The notes below the pieces were generated by a model that was given only the letters and a program-made list of their open reading frames with translations, ran no database searches and had not been told where the DNA came from. A DNA stretch of 64,000 nt, taken from NCBI GenBank assembly GCA_965205485.1, contig OZ242180.1:3712001-3776000 (forward strand). Direction: 5' to 3'. This document shows positions 30,644-40,370 of this stretch, one piece after another. This DNA comes from Candidatus Latescibacterota bacterium (GTDB taxonomy: Bacteria; Latescibacterota; UBA2968; GCA-2709665). A program made the translations under genes and the position numbers. Each line of letters begins with the position of its first letter. Position 1 is the stretch's first letter.

Positions 30644-31894
30644 GTGGGTTACGAGGTAAAGGATGTCGGTCTTGCGGAGCAGGGATTCAGAAATATCGAA
30701 TGGGCCGAGAAGCAGATGGGCGCCCTGTTGAAGATAAAGGAACGCTTCGAGCGTGAAAAGCCGCTCGAGGGATACCGGATCGGCATGGCGCTCCACGTAA
30801 CCAAAGAGACCGCGGTGCTTGTGCGGACCCTGCGGGCGGGCGGCGCGACCGTATCGATAACCGGCTGTAATCCGCTTTCCACGCAGGACGACGTGGCGGC
30901 GGCGCTTGCGGCAGAGGACGTCGCGGTCTACGCCTACAAGGGAGAAACCCGGGAGGACTATTACCGGTATCTTCGCGCGGTTATAGAGACCCGGCCGCAC
31001 GTGACCATCGACGACGGCTGCGACCTGGTCAACGAGGTGCACACGAACTACGCCGATCTGATCCCGGAGATCGTATGCGGTTGCGAAGAGACCACAACCG
31101 GCATCATCCGCCTGCGTGCGATGGAGAAGGACAATGCGCTGAAATACCCCATCATTGCCGTTAACGACTGCGATACCAAACACCTGATGGACAATTTCTA
31201 CGGCACGGGGCAGTCGGCGCTGGACGGCGTCGTGCGGGCGTCCAACCTGCTGATCAGCGGAAAGGCGGTTGTCGTCGTCGGCTACGGCAGTTGCGGCAAG
31301 GGCGTGGCGTCGCGGGCGCGGGGACTGGGAGCGGAGGTCATTGTCACGGAAGTGGATCCCTTTCGCGCGCTGCAGGCGCGGATGGACGGGTTCCGGGTGA
31401 TGCCGATGGCGCACGCGGCGGGTATCGGAGACCTGTTTGTCACGGTAACCGGCAACAAGCATGTGATCAGCGCGGAACATATGCTGGCGATGAAAGACGG
31501 CGCGGTGGTGGCCAATGCCGGGCACTTCGACCTGGAAATCGACGTGGACGGGCTCGAGGCGATGGCGGAGAACAAGGAGGAAGTGCGGCCCCTGTTTCAC
31601 GAATATACGATGAACGGCCGCTCGCTGTTCCTGTGCGGCGAGGGTCGTCTGGTGAACCTCGCGTGCGCGGAGGGCCATCCGTCCACGGTGATGTCGCTGT
31701 CGTTCTGCGATCAGGCCCTCGGGGTTGAATACGGCATCCGGAACGCCGATTCGCTGGAACCCAGGGTGTACCGGCTCCCCGATGAGATCGACCGCGAGGT
31801 CGCCCGGCTGCAACTGGAGGCGATGGACGTACAGATCGACTCGCTGACCGCCGACCAGGAGCGGTATCTCGGTTCCTGGCAGGAGGGCACGTGA
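30644..31894 (+). CDS. ahcY: Adenosylhomocysteinase
   Basis: GCNPLSTQD, EETTTG, GYGSCGKG, GEGRLVNL, GHP. Confidence 0.97.
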   Translation: MGYEVKDVGLAEQGFRNIEWAEKQMGALLKIKERFEREKPLEGYRIGMALHVTKETAVLVRTLRAGGATVSITGCNPLSTQDDVAAALAAEDVAVYAYKGETREDYYRYLRAVIETRPHVTIDDGCDLVNEVHTNYADLIPEIVCGCEETTTGIIRLRAMEKDNALKYPIIAVNDCDTKHLMDNFYGTGQSALDGVVRASNLLISGKAVVVVGYGSCGKGVASRARGLGAEVIVTEVDPFRALQARMDGFRVMPMAHAAGIGDLFVTVTGNKHVISAEHMLAMKDGAVVANAGHFDLEIDVDGLEAMAENKEEVRPLFHEYTMNGRSLFLCGEGRLVNLACAEGHPSTVMSLSFCDQALGVEYGIRNADSLEPRVYRLPDEIDREVARLQLEAMDVQIDSLTADQERYLGSWQEGT

Positions 31895-31943
31895 GCCGTA
31901 CGTTTGCTGGACCGCGGTAATGACATCCCTTTCGTGCGCAATG

Positions 31944-31976
31944 AAAAAGCCCCGGAGAGAGATCCCCGGGGCCTTT
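31944..31976. terminator. Probable bidirectional terminator
   Basis: AAAAAGCCCCGG...CCGGGGCCTTT between convergent genes. Confidence 0.6.
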
Positions 31977-32009
31977 CCTGTTTCACCGCGCAGGTCGGAT
32001 GGACCGAAT

Positions 32010-33179
32010 TCAAAGACTGTATCTGAGTCTGAAAGAAAACGTCCAGGCGTCATCCCATCTGTCCAGCCGGCGGGCGACGTTCAGCCGGAGGAGTTGCCGG
32101 GGAAGCGCAATACCCAGACCTGTACTGGTCATGAAGGATGCAAAGCCCAGTTCTCGGAATCCAGCGAACAGTTGGGCGGATTCCGGCATCAGCCGTGTCC
32201 ACCCCGCATCCACGAATACAGTGAGGTTGAGCAGTTGGAATCCTCTGACGGGGATTCGCGGAAGGACGTCGCCGTGGAAGGCGTACTCGACGTTGAACAG
32301 AACCAGACGGTTGGCACGAAATTCCTTGATGTCGAACCCGCGCAGGGTGCCCACGCCGCCCAGGCCGAAGAGGAATTGAGACACCGCGCTTTGCCGGGTA
32401 CTCAACCGGGCCCGGACAATCAGGCCCTGTCTGCCGAATCTCACCTTTTGAAAACGCTTGCCTTCCAGGGTGAGGCCGTGGAAGGCGAAATCCCGAAAGC
32501 CGCGTTCGTAGCGCAGGCTTCCGTACCACGCATTCCGGAAAAGCGGACTCCCGACGCGTGTATCGACCGTGGCGCCCGCGTACAGCATGCCGACGTCTCC
32601 GGGCCGGGCAGGCGGGTTGCTACGAAAGGGGCGGTTCCGTAAGAATAGACTCCAGGCGGTCCTGACCGCCATGGGCTCGCATCGGTACGCGGTCAGTCCA
32701 CTGAATAGAGAAAGCGTTCGTTTCGACCTGAGGGCGAACTTCGCTTCGAATCCGTTTTTCGCCCGGAAATAGTCGCGGTAGTCCCACTTGAAGAGGAGGC
32801 TGAACAGGCTGTTTTCGTTGGTGCCGACGATGCCCGGTTCCGGCGTTTCGGATCTGTCGTAAACAGCGGCGTTGAATCTGAACTTCCTGCCGCGGTATTC
32901 CAACCCGGCTTCCCAACGGGCGGAGCGGCTGGCAAAACCGTATCCACTTTCCGCGAAGACCTTGAGCCGGGGCCAATCCTTGCGGCCCGCGGACAGGCGG
33001 TACCCCAGGAAGGAACCTTCCACGCGATTGTATCGGAGTCGGGCGCCGCGGTAGAACTTCTCGAACCGGGAGACGTCGCCGGTCTGCGCGCACGCGTCCG
33101 ATACCCAGACGAGAACCGCGAGAAGGATGAGGAACGCTGCTTTCAAGTCTGGCGTCCTGTCACGGAGATATCCAGCCAC
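32010..33179 (-). CDS. Omp85/BamA-TamA family beta-barrel protein with no obvious POTRA
   Basis: Signal peptide, RYNRVEG, LGGVGTLRGF (VRGY-like loop), C-terminal beta-signal FSFRLRYSL. Confidence 0.7.
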   Translation of the reverse strand: MAGYLRDRTPDLKAAFLILLAVLVWVSDACAQTGDVSRFEKFYRGARLRYNRVEGSFLGYRLSAGRKDWPRLKVFAESGYGFASRSARWEAGLEYRGRKFRFNAAVYDRSETPEPGIVGTNENSLFSLLFKWDYRDYFRAKNGFEAKFALRSKRTLSLFSGLTAYRCEPMAVRTAWSLFLRNRPFRSNPPARPGDVGMLYAGATVDTRVGSPLFRNAWYGSLRYERGFRDFAFHGLTLEGKRFQKVRFGRQGLIVRARLSTRQSAVSQFLFGLGGVGTLRGFDIKEFRANRLVLFNVEYAFHGDVLPRIPVRGFQLLNLTVFVDAGWTRLMPESAQLFAGFRELGFASFMTSTGLGIALPRQLLRLNVARRLDRWDDAWTFSFRLRYSL

Positions 33180-33199
33180 GCTCCCGCCGACCCGTCCCG

Positions 33200-34582
33200 T
33201 CAGCGCTCGATATTAAAGTACTTGATTTTCTTGTGGAGGTTTGTACGGTCAACGCCCAGCAATCTGGCCGCCCTTGTGACGTTCCAGCCATTTTCTATCA
33301 ATGCATCCGATATGTAGGCCTTTTCCACGGCCTCACGGACTTCATGGAGGCTCTTGCCGGACCCGGCTCCGGGCAAGGCGACAGCGGCCCCGGGCGCGTC
33401 GTCGCCGCGGGCCGGCTCCGGGCCGTCCAGTCCAGGCAGATGGTGGCCGAGGACCGTGTCTTCGGCGACCATAATGGACAGGCGCTCTATCAGGTTCTTG
33501 AGTTCCCTGATGTTGCCCGGCCAGCTGTAATTCTTCAGGGCCTCCATCGCCTCGGGGGTGATTTCCTTCGGGCGGAAGTCGTTTTCGTCGGCGTAATTCT
33601 TGAGAAAATGCTCCGAGAGCAGCGGTATGTCTTCCTTTCGATCTCTCAAAGGCGGGGCCGTGATGGGCACGACATTGAGCCGGAAGTAGAGGTCCTCCCG
33701 GAAAGCGCCGTTCTCTACCTGCTGCTGAAGGTTCTTGTTGGTCGCGGCGATCACCCTTACGTCCACTTTCAGGGTCGTCGACCCGCCAACCCGCTCGAAT
33801 TCCCCCTGCTCGAGGGCCCGAAGGACCTTCGCCTGGACACTCAGGCTCATATCGCCGATTTCGTCCAGGAACAACGTCCCGCCATCGGCCTGCAGGAACT
33901 TGCCGTCGCGGGTTTTCACCGAGCCCGTAAACGCTCCCCGGTCGCTGCCGAACAGTTCGCTCTCGATGAGCTCTTCCGGTATCGCGGCGCAGTTGACTTT
34001 CACGAAAGGACCCTTGCTGCGCCGGCTGTTTCTGTGGATGTCCCTGGCGACCAGTTCCTTGCCTGTGCCGCTTTCACCCAGGATCAGGACGCGACCGTTG
34101 GTTGGCGCGACCTTTGCAATCTGTTCTCGCACGGATGCGATGGCGCTGCTTTCGCCCACCATTTCGAATCGCATTTCGAACTTTCGTCGCAAATCACGAT
34201 TCTCCTCGGTCAGTTCGATGCTCTCAAGAGCATGGGAGAGCGTGAGCAGTACTTTTTCCCGGGACAGCGGCTTTTCCAGGAAATCGTAGGCGCCCAGTTT
34301 CGTGGCCACGACCGCGTCGTGGACGGTTCCGTGGCCGGAAATCATGATGACGGCCAGGTTTGGATCGTTTTGCCTGGCGGTTTTCAGGATTTCAATCCCG
34401 TTTGATCCCGGGAGGACGATGTCCAGCAGGACCACGTGCGGAGACTCGGTTTCTATCGCGACCAGCGCTTCCTTGCCTGAAGCCGCGCAGACAACCCGGT
34501 AACCCTCGGCAGACAGGATCATTTCCAGGGTCCGGCGGATGTTGCGTTCGTCGTCCACCACCAGAATTGTCGGTTCGGTCAT
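33200..34582 (-). CDS. sigma54-dependent response regulator (NtrC/NtrX family)
   Basis: REC domain (VVDDE, LLD), [21 protein letters not shown], Fis-type HTH. Confidence 0.95.
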   Translation of the reverse strand: MTEPTILVVDDERNIRRTLEMILSAEGYRVVCAASGKEALVAIETESPHVVLLDIVLPGSNGIEILKTARQNDPNLAVIMISGHGTVHDAVVATKLGAYDFLEKPLSREKVLLTLSHALESIELTEENRDLRRKFEMRFEMVGESSAIASVREQIAKVAPTNGRVLILGESGTGKELVARDIHRNSRRSKGPFVKVNCAAIPEELIESELFGSDRGAFTGSVKTRDGKFLQADGGTLFLDEIGDMSLSVQAKVLRALEQGEFERVGGSTTLKVDVRVIAATNKNLQQQVENGAFREDLYFRLNVVPITAPPLRDRKEDIPLLSEHFLKNYADENDFRPKEITPEAMEALKNYSWPGNIRELKNLIERLSIMVAEDTVLGHHLPGLDGPEPARGDDAPGAAVALPGAGSGKSLHEVREAVEKAYISDALIENGWNVTRAARLLGVDRTNLHKKIKYFNIER

Positions 34583-36075
34583 ATGCTTTCCTCCGGCTGT
34601 CTCGCAGGTACGCCGGGTACGGGCAGGGTAATCTCGAACTGAGCGCCCCCTCCCGGCGCGCTCGCCGCAACGATCTGGCCGCCGTGGCTCTCGATGATGC
34701 TCCGGACCTCGGCCAGGCCCATGCCCATTCCGCTTTGTTTGGATGTCACATGCGGCTGAAAGATGCGCTCGCGGTCCCGTTCCGGCACGCCGGGTCCGGA
34801 ATCCACGACCAGGAGTTTGACCGAATTCGGGTGGTTCTCGGTCTGAATGACGATCCGGCCGTTTTGACCCGCGGCTTCGAGTCCGTTTTCGATCAGGTTG
34901 ATCAACACGCGGCGCATCTGTTCGCTGTCCAGGTCCAGATCGGGGACCTTCGGCGTGAGCTCGAGTACAATACCGGCTTCGGGGTAAAGCCGCACGATAT
35001 CCGTGATCACGTCGTTCAGACTGTGCCGTCCCAGGGACAGGGAAGGCATGCGCGCGAAGTCGGCGAACTCCTGAACCAGTTTTCGCAGGCTTTCCACCTC
35101 TTCAGTAACGATTTCGGTGCAGTCATGCACAAGCCTGGTATAGGCGGGGTCATTGCCGGGGTATTTGTCGCGGATCTGCTGGACCGTGAGCTGTATCGGT
35201 GTCAGCGGATTCTTGATTTCATGGGCAAGACGCCGGGCGATTTCACGCCAGGCGGCGATTTTTTCGGCTTCGAGACGCTGCCGGCGGTTCTGGGTCAGGT
35301 CTTCCGCCATCCGGTTGAAGGAACCGATCAGCAGTCCGATTTCGTCGTCCCGTCCGGCAGGAATGCGGTAGTCCAGATTGTCCTTGGCGAGCTCGCGGGT
35401 TCCCTTGACGAGTTCGTCCAGCGGATGCGTAACGCCGAAGCCGATACGCACGCCCATCAGGCATGCAAGCAGAAGCAGTCCAATGGTCGCGGCAAGGAAA
35501 TAGAAGAAGAACTCGCCCCTGAGGTCGCCACCTATCATCCGCAGGTACTGATGGGCCTGGACCGCCTGTTCGACGTTGTTGAGTTCCACCATGGGGCTCG
35601 TGATGACGAGGGCCGCGTCGGATGGCCCGTTCAGGTCAACGGGCACGAACATCTTCAGCGACGCGTCGCGCTCGCCGGCCCTGCGCAAGACGGGGCCGGA
35701 CAGGGGCTCCCGCATGTCTGGCGAGCCTATCTCCGCGGCATTCGCGAACCGGAGTCGTGCGTCGGGCATGTCGTGTCGGTCCAGAAAATCGCGGACCGGC
35801 TGAAGGTTTCCCGTGCGAAAGGCTTCTGCCGGCAGCGGCGACCGGAAGAGACGGCTTCCGATGTCGCCAAGTGCCTCCTTGCGGCTTTCGTAGTGGCTTC
35901 TTGCCAGTTCCACCGCGTCATTCAATGCCCGGCTGGTGCTTGCGCTGATGTTGTCCTGCAACTGAAGGCCGGATTCCAGGAAGTGTTGCGCCAGCAGGGA
36001 CAATGCCAGCGTGGTGCCAAGGGTGAGCGCGATGAGGGCGATAACGATGCGCCATCGCAAGGGTAGGGATCTCAT
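34579..36075 (-). CDS. NtrY-like HAMP sensor histidine kinase
   Basis: Two TM segments, [27 protein letters not shown]-boxes. Confidence 0.93.
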   Translation of the reverse strand: MRSLPLRWRIVIALIALTLGTTLALSLLAQHFLESGLQLQDNISASTSRALNDAVELARSHYESRKEALGDIGSRLFRSPLPAEAFRTGNLQPVRDFLDRHDMPDARLRFANAAEIGSPDMREPLSGPVLRRAGERDASLKMFVPVDLNGPSDAALVITSPMVELNNVEQAVQAHQYLRMIGGDLRGEFFFYFLAATIGLLLLACLMGVRIGFGVTHPLDELVKGTRELAKDNLDYRIPAGRDDEIGLLIGSFNRMAEDLTQNRRQRLEAEKIAAWREIARRLAHEIKNPLTPIQLTVQQIRDKYPGNDPAYTRLVHDCTEIVTEEVESLRKLVQEFADFARMPSLSLGRHSLNDVITDIVRLYPEAGIVLELTPKVPDLDLDSEQMRRVLINLIENGLEAAGQNGRIVIQTENHPNSVKLLVVDSGPGVPERDRERIFQPHVTSKQSGMGMGLAEVRSIIESHGGQIVAASAPGGGAQFEITLPVPGVPARQPEESI

Positions 36076-36698
36076 TGCAGATCCTCCGGCGAGAATTGGC
36101 TGACTTCGATCCAGGGTGTCCGGTCCGTGGGCCGGTCCAGTGAGATGAAGAGCTCCAGCAGGCTTCCTTTCTGAAGGAAGTTGAGCCAGCGGCGGGACCG
36201 CACCTCCTGTTCAACGGAGATGGGTGTGAGACCCACGCGAAGGCGCAGATTGAATTCCCGCCCGTCGGGAAGCGGTCCCAGCGGGAGCTCCCGATGTATC
36301 GAGCAGAACGCCCTGACCGTGTCGAAATGGGCAGTCTGAAGGGTGTCCAGGCGGCCGGTATCGCGTACCACCCGGTACCGGCCCTCCCAGATGTCGTGGT
36401 CGAGTCGCATGCCGAGTACGTACTCCAGCGCCTTCGACTGCAGGTCCGAATCCAGCCGGAACTCCATGACCACGGAGGTGATGAGGCCCGATGCGATGGC
36501 ATCCAGCGCGCGCCTGGAAAAGAGTGAATTCAGTTCGATATTTAGTTTGAGCGTGTCCGACTGCAGGTAGACCGTATGTGCGGCGACCGCGACGTCCGGG
36601 GAGTCGGCGCGCGCCTGGGTTGCAACAAAAAAAAAGAGGCAAGCGCAAATGCTGACAATTCGCCTGGACGCCTCCGCTTTGCCTCGATTTGTATGCAT
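36072..36698 (-). CDS. DUF4390 (NtrZ-like) periplasmic protein
   Basis: Signal peptide; ALDAIASG and HDIWEGRYRV motifs; overlaps the kinase start. Confidence 0.65.
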   Translation of the reverse strand: MHTNRGKAEASRRIVSICACLFFFVATQARADSPDVAVAAHTVYLQSDTLKLNIELNSLFSRRALDAIASGLITSVVMEFRLDSDLQSKALEYVLGMRLDHDIWEGRYRVVRDTGRLDTLQTAHFDTVRAFCSIHRELPLGPLPDGREFNLRLRVGLTPISVEQEVRSRRWLNFLQKGSLLELFISLDRPTDRTPWIEVSQFSPEDLQ

Positions 36699-36833
36699 TT
36701 CGGGAGATTGGTGAACTTTCAGCGGTCCGGACGCACAACCGGGGGCCGTGGCGGAACACTCGCCGAACGGTGACCTGTTCTTTGGACCGGACGCGAGGGA
36801 TCTGTACGCGCCGCACAGGGCGTTACCCCCGAC

Positions 36834-38123
36834 TCACAGGCCCAGATTGATACCGCCGAACCGGTGGAATTTTACAATTAGCGTGCCCCTTTTCAAGCCG
36901 TAGCTGATGTCGACCCGGTTAAACAGCAGCGCGCCGATGCCATATGTGCCGTTCGAATCCCTGCGATGAAACCCCGCCACCGGTCTGCGTATCGCGGCCC
37001 ACTCGGCAAAGCAGTAGAGCCTGCCGATCGGGCGGGTTGCAATCGCATAGACGCCTTCGATTGAGATAAATTCCGTGCCGCCCTCGGGGCCGATCGCGCG
37101 TCGTTCGAAACCCCTGAGCTGATTCTCGCCATCCAGATAAAACCGTTCGAAGAAGGGCGGTGGGCCCGCAATCAGCCCCGCCCTTCCGCCCACGCTGAGG
37201 GTCTGTCCGGGCAGCGTGGCAAAGTGCCGATAGGCCTCCACCCGGGATCGGAGGTAGCTCGCGTTGGTGCCCAGGGCGCCGGGGGCGAAGTCCAGTCGGA
37301 AGTTGAGGTCGAATCCCGCCGCGCCGCCCCAGAACCTGGAGGCGGGCTGCCGGTAGAGTTCGATGCCGAAGGTGGATATCGGTGTGCGGCCGAGGGCCGA
37401 GATGATTTCCCGCGTGAACTCCGGGCCCGATATGAAGACATCCGGCTCATCGAAGTCGTTGATGCGAACCTGGTCGAGGGCGTAACGGGCCACCAGCCGG
37501 TATTTCTCGCCGATGGGTTTCCCGAGACCCACCGCGCCGCCGATTCGGTCCACGTCGTACAGGCCGCGCTTCTGCGGGTCGGGACTGCGGTACATATCGC
37601 GGTCGGCCCTTGAGAAGTGGCCCTTCACGTGAAGTGACGTGTACCCGCTGTTAAGCCATGGGTCGGTATAGCTGAAGCCGAAGCGTTGCAGGCGCTCGCC
37701 GTGCGAATACGCCACGCCTACGGTCTTGCCTTCTCCGCCGAGGTTGACGTGATAGGCGTCGGCGGCGAGCCCGAATCCGTCCAGTTCCGTGTATTCGAAG
37801 CTGACGCCGACGTCGCCGAATCGCTTCTCGTCGACGTAGACGACCAGCACGGCCTTGCCCTGCTCGGTGCCGGGTTTCGGCGCGACGTGTACCGTGCGGA
37901 AGAGGCGGGTGCGGTAGAGCGACTCGCGGCTGGCATCCAACCTTCCAGGCGTCAGCCGGTCACCCTTGTGGATGGGCAGGGATCGCAGGATGATGTCTGC
38001 TTTCGTCTTGTGATTGCCCCTGACCTCGATTCGTTCGACAACGTATCCGGTGGCATCCTGGGCGTACACGGATGGCGTCGTACAGGCGAAGAGGAGGGTG
38101 AAAAGGACAATCGCGCGCGACAT
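36834..38123 (-). CDS. Omp85 family outer-membrane protein with a single POTRA
   Basis: VERIEVRGNHKTK..IILR POTRA; FYLDGENQLRGF. Confidence 0.85.
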   Translation of the reverse strand: MSRAIVLFTLLFACTTPSVYAQDATGYVVERIEVRGNHKTKADIILRSLPIHKGDRLTPGRLDASRESLYRTRLFRTVHVAPKPGTEQGKAVLVVYVDEKRFGDVGVSFEYTELDGFGLAADAYHVNLGGEGKTVGVAYSHGERLQRFGFSYTDPWLNSGYTSLHVKGHFSRADRDMYRSPDPQKRGLYDVDRIGGAVGLGKPIGEKYRLVARYALDQVRINDFDEPDVFISGPEFTREIISALGRTPISTFGIELYRQPASRFWGGAAGFDLNFRLDFAPGALGTNASYLRSRVEAYRHFATLPGQTLSVGGRAGLIAGPPPFFERFYLDGENQLRGFERRAIGPEGGTEFISIEGVYAIATRPIGRLYCFAEWAAIRRPVAGFHRRDSNGTYGIGALLFNRVDISYGLKRGTLIVKFHRFGGINLGL

Positions 38124-38179
38124 CGATACTGACCTCCGCTGGAATCCGTCGACCACATTCAGAGCGGTGAATCAGAGTG

Positions 38180-38338
38180 CGCAAAAACCGTACCAGTACG
38201 GCCGTTTGGAATCGGACGCAAACGAGATTGAAAAACAACCAGTTACGCCGAAATCTGCGGCAGGCGCATCGCCATATCCTGTGAAAGAATAACACAGATG
38301 TGGTTGTTTTGCAACAGGTTTGTGGTTTCCGGGGTACA
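38180..38338 (-). promoter_or_regulatory. sigma54 promoter with upstream enhancer-like sites
   Basis: Minus strand TGGTACGGTTTTTGCG (38180-38195); IHF-like site 38233-45; two TGT-N12-ACA sites at 38299 and 38321. Confidence 0.75.
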
Positions 38339-38425
38339 GTCTGAGATCGGGAAGGGCCGAGAGGAAGAGGTGACGCCGGGGACCGGGGATTACAGGCGAC
38401 CGGGAAAGCTGCGGTCCCCGAAAGG

Positions 38426-39421
38426 CTAAGAGGCCGATATCGGGGCGATGTCGACCATGGTGCGCAGGCCCGGCGGAGCCTGATGGATGACCGGAATCGC
38501 ATTGGTGACGATCGAACACGTGGCCACGTCTCCGTTGATGCCGCCGGCAACCGTAAGATCGACTTCCGGAGTCCCGATAACGCGGATGCGGTCTCGGGGC
38601 TGGGATTCGCCCACTGCCGCGCGAAACACGAGCGTGAGGACTTCCCGATTGTCCGCAAAACCCCGTCCCGTCTGGTTGACGCCCGTGGTGCGGCCGGCCT
38701 GGACGGACCAGTCCTTTCCCCGCACCTCCGTTCGCGCGATCACCGGTTCCACGATATCCTCGGTCCTGTCGAGACTCCAGCCGAGTCTGGATGCGATCAT
38801 TTGCATGGATTGCGTCAATCCCACGTGGCGGATCTGACGACTTCTGACGCGTTTCTGAAACGCGTCGACGGAGAGTCCGGCGCCGATCTTCTGACGGAAG
38901 GGGAGGCGACGCCGGGATGCGTCCTGGATGCGTTCGATCAGGATGGAATCCACGTTACGGCACACCGCCGTCGTGGCCACTGGCAGAAAGTCCATCAGAA
39001 AGCCCGGATTCACGCCGGTACCCAGTATTGATACCCGGTTCGCCTTCGCGAGGTCGTCGACGCGCCGGGCGAGTCCCGGCTCGGCATCCCATGGATACGC
39101 CAGTTCCTCGCAGGTGGAAACGACGTTCAGGCCGCCTTCCATCGCCTGTTCCAGCGTTGGATACAGCGCCCGAATGTCGGACACCGTCGTGACAACGGCC
39201 ACGTCGGCGTCATTCATCATTCCGGCGTCCAAAGAACCCTCCACGACGACGTTCAGCGGACGATCCAGGTTGTACGCGGCCCCCAGGTCCCGACCCGACT
39301 TTTCGGGGTCCACGTCCACGGCGCCGACGACCTGCAGGTCGTCCTTTTCGGTGAGATAGGGACCGAGCATCTGGCCGAGCGGCCCCAGACCGATATGCAC
39401 AATACGAATGGGATTCGACAT
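38426..39421 (-). CDS. NAD(P)-dependent dehydrogenase, DapB-like / 2,4-diaminopentanoate dehydrogenase family
   Basis: IGLGPLG, NVVSTCEELAYPW, GTGVNPGFLMD, GDVAT. Confidence 0.85.
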   Translation of the reverse strand: MSNPIRIVHIGLGPLGQMLGPYLTEKDDLQVVGAVDVDPEKSGRDLGAAYNLDRPLNVVVEGSLDAGMMNDADVAVVTTVSDIRALYPTLEQAMEGGLNVVSTCEELAYPWDAEPGLARRVDDLAKANRVSILGTGVNPGFLMDFLPVATTAVCRNVDSILIERIQDASRRRLPFRQKIGAGLSVDAFQKRVRSRQIRHVGLTQSMQMIASRLGWSLDRTEDIVEPVIARTEVRGKDWSVQAGRTTGVNQTGRGFADNREVLTLVFRAAVGESQPRDRIRVIGTPEVDLTVAGGINGDVATCSIVTNAIPVIHQAPPGLRTMVDIAPISAS

Positions 39422-39776
39422 CCGGAATGTTCTCTCTTTCTCTGTGAATAAAGTACCATTTGGTAGTCAGATTGCCAGGCCGGCCGGAATCCCGGCGCCA
39501 ATGGATTCACACGCGGAAGACTGCCCCCCGATGCGGGCATTGACGCCGGTTTCAATGCACCGGATCGACCGGTTCCGGACGGACGGAATCCGGCTGCCGG
39601 CGGCAGAAAACCGGGTCCGACGAATATACGTTTGAGAGGAAACCGCGCCAAACGAAAATGAACGGGTTCGGGTGATCAGTCCGTCCGGGAGACGGTTGAC
39701 CGGAGGCCGTTTTGCGCTTACCTTGTTGGCGCCCGATCGGGGCGGTTTCAACGTGTTTTCGAAAGGGGACGGGGCG

Positions 39777-40370
39777 ATGGCGGTTGACGTGATTGAACGG
39801 TTTGTTTCCAAGTACGAAACGCTGTCAGGACGCGCACATCTGGCAGACAGCGCGGAATCCGTTGCGGAGGCGGTGCTTTCCGTGGTCCACGATGCCGGAG
39901 GCACGCGCCTGGCCGCGGCCGAACTCCCGGATGAGCTGACAAGGACGCTGGAGCAGCGGTGTGTCCAGGCGGGTGTCGAGCTGTTGAAGCCGCCCTACGA
40001 CGGCCGCTCGCTCCCCGGCGCCATCGACGCCGCCCACGTCGGGGTGTCCTGGGTCGAGTTCGCGGTGGCGGAGGCCGGTGCGCTTGTTGAATTCGCAACA
40101 AACGACGCGACGCGCCTGGTTTCCACGTTGCCGAGGATCCATCTGGGGATTGTTCGCGCAGAGGAGATCGAGGCGTCATTGCTGGACGCCGGACCACGGA
40201 TACGGGCGTTTATGGCGGCGCAGCCGGAAAACGCCACCGTAACGTTCATTTCCGGCCCGAGTCGCACGGCGGACATCGAGATGCGGCTCACGTTGGGAGT
40301 ACATGGCCCCGAGATGGCCCACGCGGTCATCCTGAACGATCAAACGCCAGGCACGAAAGGACAGGGATGA
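39777..40370 (+). CDS. lutC: LUD domain lactate utilisation protein C
   Basis: AVAEAGAL, STLPRIH, FISGPSRTADIEMRLTLGVHGP. Confidence 0.88.
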   Translation: MAVDVIERFVSKYETLSGRAHLADSAESVAEAVLSVVHDAGGTRLAAAELPDELTRTLEQRCVQAGVELLKPPYDGRSLPGAIDAAHVGVSWVEFAVAEAGALVEFATNDATRLVSTLPRIHLGIVRAEEIEASLLDAGPRIRAFMAAQPENATVTFISGPSRTADIEMRLTLGVHGPEMAHAVILNDQTPGTKGQG

